Positions 44,593-53,566 are shown, counted from the first letter of the stretch. The stretch: 64,000 nt of DNA from a virus (IMGVR_UViG_3300032007_000061:1-64000), one strand, 5' to 3'. Program-made: numbers and translations. Notes: generated by a model from the sequence alone, not told the origin.

Positions 44593-45992
44593 GCCGCTTC
44601 TTTAAGAGGGTTTTCCTTGTCTTTCTTCTCCTTGGCTTTCTTGGACTGCTCTGCCTTGTAGTCCTTAATGACTTTCTTGATCTTGTGCAGATTCTTCTTC
44701 ACGATGTCAATAACTTCCTGATGTCGCTCCGAATCAGCGTTACAATGGCCATGAACCTGCCGGATAGTGAAAGTACGAATATCAATCTCAATAGTTTCAA
44801 GGAACTTGATGGGGTCATGCCAATCACCAGTCCTTGCAGAGAGGATAAGCGAATCTGGGTGTCGCTGCATATTGAAATACTCGCAACTATAGACACAATG
44901 CTTCATTTCCTTCCACTCTTTGTAGAAGTCAACCACGCTTTCAAGCGGCTGGATATGAATCTCATCGTTGCCTATATCCATTCCGAAGAACATCTTGCGA
45001 GCATCCTTGTACTGCTTCTCCATCTTCGCAGCTTTCTCCAGACTTTCCATTTCTGAAATGATATCTGTGTACTTGTTGTGCGTCGTTTTGAGGTCTGCAG
45101 GGCAAACATAGAACGGATTGTGCCAGTCCTTACCAAGTCGCAGCAACTGAGGCAGCATATCGAACCACATACCCAAGTCGTTGTTCTTTGGCTCCATTAC
45201 TGGCTGGTACTTGTTCTTGATTGCCAGTCGTATAGAATTGAAGTAAATCTCAGGATTGTTCAGACGGCCATCCTTGAAGAGTGCTTTGAGAATATCCCTA
45301 CGCTCCATTTTCAGCAGCGTCTCAATCATCGGGTATTTCTGCATATATGGAAGCACATCGGATATGTCATAGCGATCCCACTTGCTCCAGTCCACATACT
45401 TAAAGCACTGAGGCAAATTTTCAAGCCAGATGCAGTCGAATGGCGTATCAAGAATGTTATAGCCATAGTAGTAATTTCTGTCTTTTCTCGGACGCTTGAT
45501 ACTCATACCACTCCAGACATTGAACGGGCACCGAACTCTGCTGGGGTACATGGCTTTGCATTTTCCCATCACCACTTCATTCGCATCCTTATCGTACCAT
45601 AGCTGCATCACCTCACTGAACTCATTGTCAACTTTCCCGTCGGCAAACAGATTATGGTCATGCCAGTAATACCGAAGCACCAGCCATTCCTCACAAGTCT
45701 GGGCATCCACAAAGAATCCGTAGTTATTGTACTTCTTTTTCTTCGTGACCTCAGTTTTCAGCTCATGGTTGCAGTGTGGGCAAACCACTTTCTCGCTGCC
45801 CTGACCGTTCCACTCACCACCGCAAACCGTACATCTGTAGGTTCCAATAATCGCATCTTTCTTCTTCGTAAAGAAAGCTGGCTGCTCACCACCTATATGA
45901 TGGATGGCGAATCGTATTGCTGCTCCATCCAATTTTGGAAGCTTGTCGTACAATTCCCAAACACGCTTCTCATTTTTCGTCGTTGGCTGCAT
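44589..45992 (-). CDS. PcfJ-like domain protein
   Basis: CTVC..CPHC; WFDMLPQLLRLGKDWHNPFYVCPADLKTTH; EWKEMKHCVY; ETIEIDIRTFTIRQVHGHCN. Confidence 0.8.
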   Translation of the reverse strand: MQPTTKNEKRVWELYDKLPKLDGAAIRFAIHHIGGEQPAFFTKKKDAIIGTYRCTVCGGEWNGQGSEKVVCPHCNHELKTEVTKKKKYNNYGFFVDAQTCEEWLVLRYYWHDHNLFADGKVDNEFSEVMQLWYDKDANEVVMGKCKAMYPSRVRCPFNVWSGMSIKRPRKDRNYYYGYNILDTPFDCIWLENLPQCFKYVDWSKWDRYDISDVLPYMQKYPMIETLLKMERRDILKALFKDGRLNNPEIYFNSIRLAIKNKYQPVMEPKNNDLGMWFDMLPQLLRLGKDWHNPFYVCPADLKTTHNKYTDIISEMESLEKAAKMEKQYKDARKMFFGMDIGNDEIHIQPLESVVDFYKEWKEMKHCVYSCEYFNMQRHPDSLILSARTGDWHDPIKFLETIEIDIRTFTIRQVHGHCNADSERHQEVIDIVKKNLHKIKKVIKDYKAEQSKKAKEKKDKENPLKEAA

Positions 45993-45998
45993 AGTTCA

Positions 45999-46349
45999 TC
46001 ACTTTAACGTATCCCAATATTCCACAATCTCAGGGTTCCTGAGAATTGATTTGTCGATAATGGCCCATCCTGTCTGGTCCTTACCAAAACAGTCTTTGCC
46101 GTAAGAGATTTGCCAGCAATTACAACCGGCATTGCGTACTTCCTCAATAAATTCCTTTCTGACTGGAGAGAACTGCTGCTTATGATACACATTCAGGTCG
46201 TTCCTATCCAAGTCGAACTCTACCACCCTCCCCTTATGGCTCTGTGCATAAGTAGAAGCATAGAAGGGGCTAACAGTCACCCATATAGGCTGGTCTGGTG
46301 GAGAGCCGAAGTTGTCGTAATGGCAATTGAAGCCCCTATAGACTTTCAT
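45999..46349 (-). CDS. ADP-ribosyltransferase-fold-like small protein
   Basis: KVYRG beta1 and IWVTVSPFYASTYA beta2/helix pattern. Confidence 0.45.
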   Translation of the reverse strand: MKVYRGFNCHYDNFGSPPDQPIWVTVSPFYASTYAQSHKGRVVEFDLDRNDLNVYHKQQFSPVRKEFIEEVRNAGCNCWQISYGKDCFGKDQTGWAIIDKSILRNPEIVEYWDTLK

Positions 46350-46351
46350 AA

Positions 46352-46861
46352 TCAGAACATATTGAAGTCAAACGATGACATATCAGGCACGTCAATCTGA
46401 ACCTGCTTGGTCACTTGCTTGACGGCTTCCTTAGATACCTTGTCGATTGCCAAGTCATCCTCATCCCAATAGTGAATGGCGTAATTGATAACTGGACTCT
46501 TGTCAAGGTCTGCATCCATTCCGCAGCAGATAGCCATGCGCCCTTGTCCTTTGACCTCAAAGGCTTTCTTAGCCATCTGAGTGATGATATAGGCACAGCA
46601 CCGCTCAATGGACTTCTTGGGCTTCTTGTAGGTCTGTGCGAAAACCTCGTCATTGGTAGCTTTCTTATCCAGGTATGCCTTGATAAACTTCTCGAAAGGA
46701 TTGGGTCCTTTCGGCTTGTCATCAGCTTTGGCAGCTTTCGGTGCAGCCTTTGTCTTTGGTTTCTCACTGGCAGGCTTTGGTGCTGTCTGCTGCTGTGTCT
46801 CTTCCTGTGTCAATCCCTCAACATTAAAGTCGGGAACCACAATGTCTTGTTTCTTTGCCAT
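46352..46861 (-). CDS. PcfK-like protein with low-complexity N-terminus
   Basis: FEKFIKAYLDKKATNDEVFAQTY...KSIERCCAYI...AIHYWDE. Confidence 0.75.
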   Translation of the reverse strand: MAKKQDIVVPDFNVEGLTQEETQQQTAPKPASEKPKTKAAPKAAKADDKPKGPNPFEKFIKAYLDKKATNDEVFAQTYKKPKKSIERCCAYIITQMAKKAFEVKGQGRMAICCGMDADLDKSPVINYAIHYWDEDDLAIDKVSKEAVKQVTKQVQIDVPDMSSFDFNMF

Positions 46862-46882
46862 AGTTGTAAGTGGGTTAAATTG

Positions 46883-47248
46883 TTATTTGTCCTGCCAGAG
46901 TTCAGCACGCTTCAACTCCAGCATGGTCCGCTTGTAGTTACGCTCTTCGTATGGAGCGTCATCAGGGTAATATTTCGCACTGGCAATCCATTCATCGTAG
47001 CACTTTTTGCAGAACACACGATTGAGAACCGCCACATAGTAACAAGTGTCGGATGGAAGAATACCGTCATTGCAGTCATCACACACCAGACAGCCACCGC
47101 CACCGATGCTTATCTCTGCAAATCCTGCCAGTACGCCATCAGTATGTTGGCTTGTGGTGATTTCTCCACCGCCACCAAAACCTATCTCCAGAAACTCATT
47201 TCCCTTTGCCTCGATCACAAGGAAAATGCTGTCAACTTTCTTTGCCAT
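46883..47248 (-). CDS. zinc-binding hypothetical protein
   Basis: CLVCDDC...YVAVLNRVFCKKCY. Confidence 0.75.
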   Translation of the reverse strand: MAKKVDSIFLVIEAKGNEFLEIGFGGGGEITTSQHTDGVLAGFAEISIGGGGCLVCDDCNDGILPSDTCYYVAVLNRVFCKKCYDEWIASAKYYPDDAPYEERNYKRTMLELKRAELWQDK

Positions 47249-47540
47249 TTTGTTCTTCTTTAAGTTTTTTGATTGTCACTTTCAACCATGCCTTAATCTT
47301 GTCAACATCACCATAAAGTACAGCGTATGACATAAGGCCGTCGTTATTGAAGCACAACATCACTCCAGGACCAACATCTATAATCCGTCCGCTGTCAAAC
47401 AATGTGCAGTGGTCGCTTGATTCCATGTGGTGCAGCAAATGATGCTTGTATTTGAGAGCCATAAGAGCGTCATGGTTCTTCTGTTTCAGTTTGACGGTGC
47501 CGTTGTTCAGTCCATCAACATTGTATTCACTCAGTATCAT
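47232..47540 (-). CDS. hypothetical protein
   Basis: 102-aa ORF. Confidence 0.62.
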   Translation of the reverse strand: MILSEYNVDGLNNGTVKLKQKNHDALMALKYKHHLLHHMESSDHCTLFDSGRIIDVGPGVMLCFNNDGLMSYAVLYGDVDKIKAWLKVTIKKLKEEQNGKES

Positions 47541-47541
47541 A

Positions 47542-47913
47542 TCACTTTGTTTTTGCTAACAGACGTTCACGTTCATACTTGCAGTTCTTGTCGTAGAACA
47601 AATCATGGACGGCCTCATATACCGTATCGAAAGAAGCGTTCAGCACACCATCGTTGAGATTCGTGCAGATGGTATTTCCCCATTCATCATCAACCTCGAT
47701 ACCAAGATAGTCTGTACCGATGTCATGTTTCAGCTTCTCAATCTCCGCTTCAAACATTGGACCCATATCAGATATGCAGGCATAGCCACCATTCAGCCCC
47801 AAGTCCTTGAAGTTGATTTCAGTGACCATGTGAGCGTCCATTATCTTGCAAATGGCCTCAATCATCTGCTTATGAATCTTCTCCTTTTTCTTATAGAAAT
47901 CAATGTGTCTCAT
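47542..47913 (-). CDS. hypothetical protein
   Basis: 123-aa coupled ORF. Confidence 0.68.
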   Translation of the reverse strand: MRHIDFYKKKEKIHKQMIEAICKIMDAHMVTEINFKDLGLNGGYACISDMGPMFEAEIEKLKHDIGTDYLGIEVDDEWGNTICTNLNDGVLNASFDTVYEAVHDLFYDKNCKYERERLLAKTK

Positions 47914-48176
47914 GTCAACGATTCTCTAAGATATTCTCGTATCTCATCATCAGTCGGCTCACCAGCTAAGAAGCCTGAGTCGCAATAGTAGTAGATGCCA
48001 TTGTCAATTTCAACTGCTTCCGGCACATTATCGTTGTAGTCATCCTCAATGGCTGCCCACAACTCATAGTCAGCAACACGAACATTCTCAGCTTGTCCGT
48101 GATACTCTACGTTCATCAGGTGAACCCACCTTGTGACGTATTCTTTGCCATTGTAAACAATAGGGTCAACGGTCAT
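47910..48176 (-). CDS. small acidic protein
   Basis: 88 aa; IDNGIYYYCD. Confidence 0.7.
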   Translation of the reverse strand: MTVDPIVYNGKEYVTRWVHLMNVEYHGQAENVRVADYELWAAIEDDYNDNVPEAVEIDNGIYYYCDSGFLAGEPTDDEIREYLRESLT

Positions 48177-48179
48177 AGC

Positions 48180-48308
48180 TTAGTCCTCCCAATTAGCAGC
48201 TACAAACGGGTCGGTTGTTATTGTTTCACCCTGGGATTCCAGATGTCTCGCCTCGTCCTCAGTAACCTCGACTGAAACGTGATCTTTTGTCAGGTGCCAG
48301 TAGCTCAT
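48180..48308 (-). CDS. 42-aa peptide
   Basis: Hand-translated MSYWHLTKDHVSVEV...; TACGACTATG start. Confidence 0.5.
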   Translation of the reverse strand: MSYWHLTKDHVSVEVTEDEARHLESQGETITTDPFVAANWED

Positions 48309-48319
48309 AGTCGTATTTT

Positions 48320-49498
48320 TTAGTCACAATACCAAGTTGTTCCGCAATCCTTACATCTGAGGTCGCCCCATCCAACAGAGACTATATGACGATGGCGGCT
48401 CATGTTCATGTCGCCGCAAGTACATTTGCCACTGCGATATGTCTTATTGTATTCGTCTTCACGCTTCTGATGATAGACAAGTTCGCCGTTGGGTTCAACC
48501 TTGCAATCAGGCTCTTGAAAACTGAACTCTGGAGTGTCAACCTTATAATCGCTATATGCTCCAAAAACACGCTCATAACTGTAGGTCTCCTGCTTTGAAA
48601 TTCTCAGGTTCTCACGATTAAACTGGATGGATGTGTCAAGTTCCATATCCTCAGTAAAGCCAGAGCCTTCCCACATATTGATGATTGCAACCATGAACGT
48701 TCCCTTGAATCTTATCGACTTGTAATCATACTTGCCATCAGTGCCATACTTACAGCCATTCTCATCGCCACTCACCAAATCCCATATCGGACAGTTAAAG
48801 TAGATTCTGAGATTGCCGCCACCAGAGGCATTTGCCAGCAACTCATACAAAGTGTCCCTTGTTTTCTTGTCCTTGATATTCAGGCCAAGCGCCTTGCAGA
48901 TTCGCTTGATAGCTTCACCATACACCTTGCTATCCCAGCACCATGTCTCATCGAACCACTCGTTAAGGTCGTAGAACATTCCTGGGTTATCGGTTTTATC
49001 CATCAGTTCTTTGCAGACATCGCCAGAGTCATCATGTTCCCAAAGATACTCACGAAAGCACTCCTTGCAATCATCTTCATCTTCGATGAACTGTCTAACA
49101 GCTTCGATGTGGTCTGCTTCTGCACCATAATGGTCATCAAGAGCCTCATACATATCGTCAAGCTCGTCAAGCACATTTTTCTGGAAAGCTTCCCAATACT
49201 CATTCTCATTATACCACCGTTCCTCCATGTAACTTTCGTCAATGAAGTTTTCAAGGTCAAGGAAGTCGTTTTTCTCAACTGCTTCTGCCACCTGCTTCAT
49301 ACAATACTCCAAGTCATCACGATAATCAATGTAAGTAAGCTGGGGTCTGTACGGCAAATGCTTCTTGAAGTGTTCCTCGATATATGCCCAATCAATTTCT
49401 TTCTGAATGGGCAGTGTCTTAGTTTCCATGGCCAGATTAGCCACATGGTTGGCCGATGTAGAAGTCAGGCCGTTCTCTGAGAAAAATACGTTGTTCAT
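48320..49498 (-). CDS. acidic hypothetical protein (second ATG at 49429)
   Basis: 392-aa D/E-rich ORF with C-terminal CTCG..CKDCG. Confidence 0.78.
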   Translation of the reverse strand: MNNVFFSENGLTSTSANHVANLAMETKTLPIQKEIDWAYIEEHFKKHLPYRPQLTYIDYRDDLEYCMKQVAEAVEKNDFLDLENFIDESYMEERWYNENEYWEAFQKNVLDELDDMYEALDDHYGAEADHIEAVRQFIEDEDDCKECFREYLWEHDDSGDVCKELMDKTDNPGMFYDLNEWFDETWCWDSKVYGEAIKRICKALGLNIKDKKTRDTLYELLANASGGGNLRIYFNCPIWDLVSGDENGCKYGTDGKYDYKSIRFKGTFMVAIINMWEGSGFTEDMELDTSIQFNRENLRISKQETYSYERVFGAYSDYKVDTPEFSFQEPDCKVEPNGELVYHQKREDEYNKTYRSGKCTCGDMNMSRHRHIVSVGWGDLRCKDCGTTWYCD

Positions 49499-49521
49499 AA
49501 CGAATCAAATTATGGGTTAGT

Positions 49522-49554
49522 AAAAATGCCCGCCAACCGATTTGACTGACGGGC
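49522..49554 (-). terminator. intrinsic terminator
   Basis: GCCCGTCAGT..GGTTGGCGGGC then ATTTTT on the minus strand. Confidence 0.72.
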
Positions 49555-49585
49555 CTGTTAATGGGTTAGAATGTGAGAGAATGGG

Positions 49586-49951
49586 TTATGAAATAGCTTT
49601 CGCCCAATGCTTGCGGCGACGCTTGTTCTGCTTGTCCTTTCCAGTACGCATGAGATATTCTCCATACTCCTTTGGACTCATGCCATAGTTAGAACCAAGC
49701 AGCCCCCCCCCCCCTCCAAAGGGAACATAGGGGTTCATAATTCCATTACTGCGAACAGTCTGGTTGGTCATGCGCTGTGCCTGCTGCTGGGTGGAGCGGA
49801 CGGTGCGCTGCTGATTTGCCTGCTGCTGAACAACTGTTGCGCTGTTCTGTGCAGTCTGTTCGATTACTTGCTGTGCGGCTGGTGTAGATACCATACCAAG
49901 GCCAGCGACCATTACACCGGCCATCGTTGCTAACATTGATTTCTTTTTCAT
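49586..49951 (-). CDS. secreted/signal-peptide Gln-rich small protein with G12 tract
   Basis: MKKKSM + hydrophobic core; QQ-rich middle; 12 consecutive G in frame. Confidence 0.7.
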   Translation of the reverse strand: MKKKSMLATMAGVMVAGLGMVSTPAAQQVIEQTAQNSATVVQQQANQQRTVRSTQQQAQRMTNQTVRSNGIMNPYVPFGGGGGLLGSNYGMSPKEYGEYLMRTGKDKQNKRRRKHWAKAIS

Positions 49952-50038
49952 AACCCTTGAAAATTTTAAGTTACACTCTGTTTTATTATAGTCAAAAATT
50001 GATGTTGAAGTTTTACGTTTCTGCCACTTTAACTTTCG

Positions 50039-50722
50039 TTATGTGTGAGTATGCCATTTGCCATCGTAATACAAGAGGCCGCCATTGAGACTGCATTTCT
50101 CTTCACCAGTCCTGCTATCAGTATAGATAAAGGCGAAAGTGAATGAGTGCTGCGAGAAGTCCTTTCCGATGACGCATTTGTGTGTTGAATTAATTTTCCG
50201 ATAGTGCTTGAAGCGTTTCAGAGTATCAACCAGTGTGGTTGTGCCTATTTCCCTGGCATATTTCAGCTGGTCTTTCAGGTAAGCGAATGAACATGAAAGC
50301 TCCAATGGAATCGTGAAGTCGCTGGGCAAAGCACACAATCCGTTCTGCAACTGCCAGCTATACAACGACCATGAACGCACGGCTTCCCACAAGTGCTTGG
50401 CCTCTTCAATCGTTATCTTCGTCATCTGATCGCCATCGTAATAGAACACAAGGTCATCTTTACTGAGAGAATTGACGCAAGCATCTGGAGTTGTGTTGCG
50501 CTGCAGGACCGCATAAAGCCCTTCCTCATTCAGGTCAACGATGTCACTCAGATACTGCTCGCCTATCTTTGCCAAATGGGTATGGCTGGGAGCCACAAAC
50601 CACAGGAACCTTTCATCGTAGTTTTCGAGTGCTTCCATATCATACTTATAGAAGTCGCTCTGGAAGTTGGTCATCACGTCTCGCACCACTTCCGTCATTT
50701 GTTTGATAATACGCTCTTTCAT
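50039..50722 (-). CDS. protein with DUF4120-like C-terminal domain
   Basis: KYAREIG...DFSQHSFTF...NGGLLY..WHTHT resembles the Bacteroides CTn DUF4120 family. Confidence 0.62.
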   Translation of the reverse strand: MKERIIKQMTEVVRDVMTNFQSDFYKYDMEALENYDERFLWFVAPSHTHLAKIGEQYLSDIVDLNEEGLYAVLQRNTTPDACVNSLSKDDLVFYYDGDQMTKITIEEAKHLWEAVRSWSLYSWQLQNGLCALPSDFTIPLELSCSFAYLKDQLKYAREIGTTTLVDTLKRFKHYRKINSTHKCVIGKDFSQHSFTFAFIYTDSRTGEEKCSLNGGLLYYDGKWHTHT

Positions 50723-50750
50723 TGTCGTAGTCTTTTGGGTTAATAAGTAA

Positions 50751-50862
50751 ATGGCCTTAGTGAGCCATCACAGCGGCTGTATCTGTGAGTTCTTCGATGT
50801 TCACGGTCCGTATGCTGTCAGATGCAGCAAGTAGAACATTACCGGCTTCTCACTAAGGTCAT
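50751..50862 (-). ncRNA. candidate structured RNA/DNA element (multibranch)
   Basis: 14-bp closing IR ATGGCCTTAGTGAG/CTCACTAAGGTCAT with internal TGCTG/CAGCA and TCACAG/CTGTGA stems. Confidence 0.5.
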
Positions 50863-50887
50863 GTTAGGTGCTGGGATTTATCGTGCG

Positions 50888-51304
50888 TCAATATTCACAA
50901 TTCGTCAACTTGTTATACTTGTAAAGCGCTCTCTCGTATATCACAAGAGGCTCGTCAAAAGAGTCGCTCAGGCATCCGTCGCAGTCCATCTGGTTAATGG
51001 CGCTGATAAGCACTTCAAGGCTCGGAACCCTGTAATTAAGGATGATTCGCTTGTTCTCGTCACTTACGAAATGCTCCCAGACATAGCTTCCGTTGCTTGC
51101 ATCGATGCAGAGATTGAGTGCTGCATCATAGAGACCAGCCCTCACTATTTCGTACTCATCCACGTCGATGAACTGCCAACCGTGAGACTGTTTCTCTACA
51201 ATCTGAGGTGCTGGGCTGACTTTATGGAAACCTGCGTAAATCAACGTGCAGATTCCTACAAGGCACAATGCGATGATTGCGGCTTTTGCTATCGTATGTT
51301 TCAT
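50888..51304 (-). CDS. membrane-anchored hypothetical protein
   Basis: N-terminal hydrophobic helix. Confidence 0.68.
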   Translation of the reverse strand: MKHTIAKAAIIALCLVGICTLIYAGFHKVSPAPQIVEKQSHGWQFIDVDEYEIVRAGLYDAALNLCIDASNGSYVWEHFVSDENKRIILNYRVPSLEVLISAINQMDCDGCLSDSFDEPLVIYERALYKYNKLTNCEY

Positions 51305-51315
51305 TGTCTCTCCTG

Positions 51316-51552
51316 TTAGAATTTCGTTACACTAAGTCCTTTCTTCGTCATAGACATACTGAACCCTGCATCATGCAGCTCGCTCAATACGGCGCCATTT
51401 GATTCCAGAATCAAGATGTCATAGACACGAGAATAGTTATCGTTGATTGGAACATTGAAAGCCACAACACAGCTATTCGACTGCTTGATAATCTCGATCG
51501 CCTGATTAAAGGCATCCTCGGACATAAGTCCGTTGTTCTTTTCCTTGGTCAT
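51316..51552 (-). CDS. hypothetical protein
   Basis: 78-aa ORF. Confidence 0.68.
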   Translation of the reverse strand: MTKEKNNGLMSEDAFNQAIEIIKQSNSCVVAFNVPINDNYSRVYDILILESNGAVLSELHDAGFSMSMTKKGLSVTKF

Positions 51553-51759
51553 GCTACTGCAATTTGTGCCATACGGCGTGTTTGGTTTGCTCTCTTCCGA
51601 ATATACCGCTCGATATGCTCACGGCTACCAGATGTGGTCACTTTCTGACAAGTGACTAAAGAGGTGAACAGTCCGTTGTTCACCTCTCTCGTCTCAATAA
51701 TACGTGGTCTCATGTCAAAGAGAATTTGAAGTTGAAGTTTCGTTGTTTCTGTCTCTCGG

Positions 51760-52269
51760 TTACTGGATGCAAAGTGCTGCGCGAACGTCTGCCTCGTACT
51801 TCTTGGCGAATATCCAGCCGGCACCGACACTGAGGTAGCGGTTGAAGCGTCCGTGATACTTCTCCATGATAGCCTTGACGGGCTTCGTGTCGCCTACGAT
51901 AGCGAACGACTTCTCCGAATAGTCATGGAACTCCAGACCAAGGGCCTTGATAGCTTTCTTGTCGCTCTCCTTGATGGGCTTGACCTCGGCCTTTGCACCA
52001 TCGGCTGCCTCTGGGACGGCCTCTGCAATCTCCTGCTTGCTGGGCACGGGTGCAGCCTTGGTCTTGGCTGGTGCTCCCTTGGTCTTGGGTGCAGGCTCTG
52101 CCTTTTCAGGGAACTTCGCCTTGAAAGCAGCCGTGAAGCCAGCAATCATGTAGTCCAGAATCTTCTTGCCGTCGGCTTCTGTCTTTGCATTGTTAAACAC
52201 TGCAGCGAACTGTGCGCTGTTCTTGCTCTCCTGTGCCGTCTGTGCAGCACCATTCTTCTTGTTAGCCAT
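51760..52269 (-). CDS. Ala/Lys/Pro-linker protein with YSEK..GDTK..GWIF domain
   Basis: C-terminal DYSEKSFAIVGDTKPVK...RFNRYL..GAGWIFAK domain common in Bacteroidetes mobile elements. Confidence 0.75.
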   Translation of the reverse strand: MANKKNGAAQTAQESKNSAQFAAVFNNAKTEADGKKILDYMIAGFTAAFKAKFPEKAEPAPKTKGAPAKTKAAPVPSKQEIAEAVPEAADGAKAEVKPIKESDKKAIKALGLEFHDYSEKSFAIVGDTKPVKAIMEKYHGRFNRYLSVGAGWIFAKKYEADVRAALCIQ

Positions 52270-52323
52270 AGTTGTAAAAATTAAATGATGAATAAATTGG
52301 GGTTATTAAGTCTGCCCACACCA

Positions 52324-52482
52324 TCAGATGTGAGTTGTGAAATTATACGTGAAAACTACATACATCAGGGCAATAGCCTCGATGATTAGGATGATGTTCG
52401 ACAATACCGGGTGCTTATCCATCCACTTTGCGAATGGAACTATGCAACGTATTGACATGGGGATTTCGTCGTTTTGTTTCAT
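52324..52482 (-). CDS. 52-aa membrane peptide
   Basis: Hand-translated MKQNDEIPMSIRC...LSNIILIIEAIALMYVVF. Confidence 0.5.
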   Translation of the reverse strand: MKQNDEIPMSIRCIVPFAKWMDKHPVLSNIILIIEAIALMYVVFTYNFTTHI

Positions 52483-52494
52483 CGCTGTGTCCTC

Positions 52495-52638
52495 CTACTT
52501 TATCATGTCATCCACCACCATGTCGATATAGTCGTGCGCCAATGTTATGTCAATACTCGTTACCTGTTCGCCATTCTCCTGTTTGTGTAGGATATTACGA
52601 GCTTGCATCAGCAGGTCAATTCGTTCTTTTGTTGTCAT
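52495..52638 (-). CDS. 47-aa peptide
   Basis: Start MTTKERIDLL after GGAGG. Confidence 0.55.
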   Translation of the reverse strand: MTTKERIDLLMQARNILHKQENGEQVTSIDITLAHDYIDMVVDDMIK

Positions 52639-52651
52639 AATTAGTCCTCCT

Positions 52652-53035
52652 TTAGAATATTTCGTTGATAAGTCTGCCCCACAACTTTTCGAGTGATTCA
52701 GCCAGCACTCCGTCAAGGCGCAAGTCATTCCAGCAGTCCTGCTCCATGTCATAGTTCTGGGCATAAAGCTGCTTCTCACGATATACGACTTCCTCACACA
52801 TAAACTTGCCGTTCTCGTCATCATCCAGCTCGATAGGCTCTTGCAGTTTGTGGCTGTTCCCGTTCAGCACAAAGTTGATGTTCTCAATCATTTCGCGCTG
52901 GGCATCAGTCGCACCCTCTGCAATCACAATCTCAGGTTCCTGCATAGCCTCATAAGCAGCTTGCATGGCATCTTCGTATGCTTCTTCGTCAACCAACTCC
53001 AGGTCAGTCATCAGCATATTCTCATCGTTATACAT
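52652..53035 (-). CDS. highly acidic protein
   Basis: 127 aa, D/E-rich. Confidence 0.72.
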   Translation of the reverse strand: MYNDENMLMTDLELVDEEAYEDAMQAAYEAMQEPEIVIAEGATDAQREMIENINFVLNGNSHKLQEPIELDDDENGKFMCEEVVYREKQLYAQNYDMEQDCWNDLRLDGVLAESLEKLWGRLINEIF

Positions 53036-53053
53036 ATTTCGCCCTCCTATAAT

Positions 53054-53566
53054 TTAGATCGCCTGACATTTGCATACGCAAGTCAGTCTGCTGTTCTCGA
53101 ATCTCTTTGTCGTGATATAGTTGCCAATCGTTCCGGCTGTTCCGTGTGCGGTCGGCTTCCTGCTTCCGCTTATTTGCGGCTTCTTGCGACATCTTGCACC
53201 CCTTCCAGCACGAAATATATCGTCTGTCTTTGCAATGCTCAACGGCGCACTCAGGTCGGCACTCTCGTACTTCGACATCACCTGCTCAAAGCTTCCAGTG
53301 TAGTGCTTGTACTCGATTCGCTCCACTTTCCTGCCTTTCACGAGATAGCAATGGCCTCTGTGCTCTGCAATGTTCTGTCTTGTGCAGGGCATGAGAACCC
53401 ACTGCTGATTGCTTGTAAGTCCTGTCAGGACCACCAGAACCGGCTTTCTGCGCAATGAATACTCACCAAGCTCTTTCACGTCAAAGGACATAGTTACACC
53501 ATGCCCCACGTTCAGCGCAAGCTCCTGGAGCCTACGCTGCCCGATTTCCTCTGCAAAATGTTTCAT
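53054..53566 (-). CDS. hypothetical basic protein
   Basis: 170 aa; start 5 nt after a T-loop hairpin. Confidence 0.68.
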   Translation of the reverse strand: MKHFAEEIGQRRLQELALNVGHGVTMSFDVKELGEYSLRRKPVLVVLTGLTSNQQWVLMPCTRQNIAEHRGHCYLVKGRKVERIEYKHYTGSFEQVMSKYESADLSAPLSIAKTDDIFRAGRGARCRKKPQISGSRKPTAHGTAGTIGNYITTKRFENSRLTCVCKCQAI

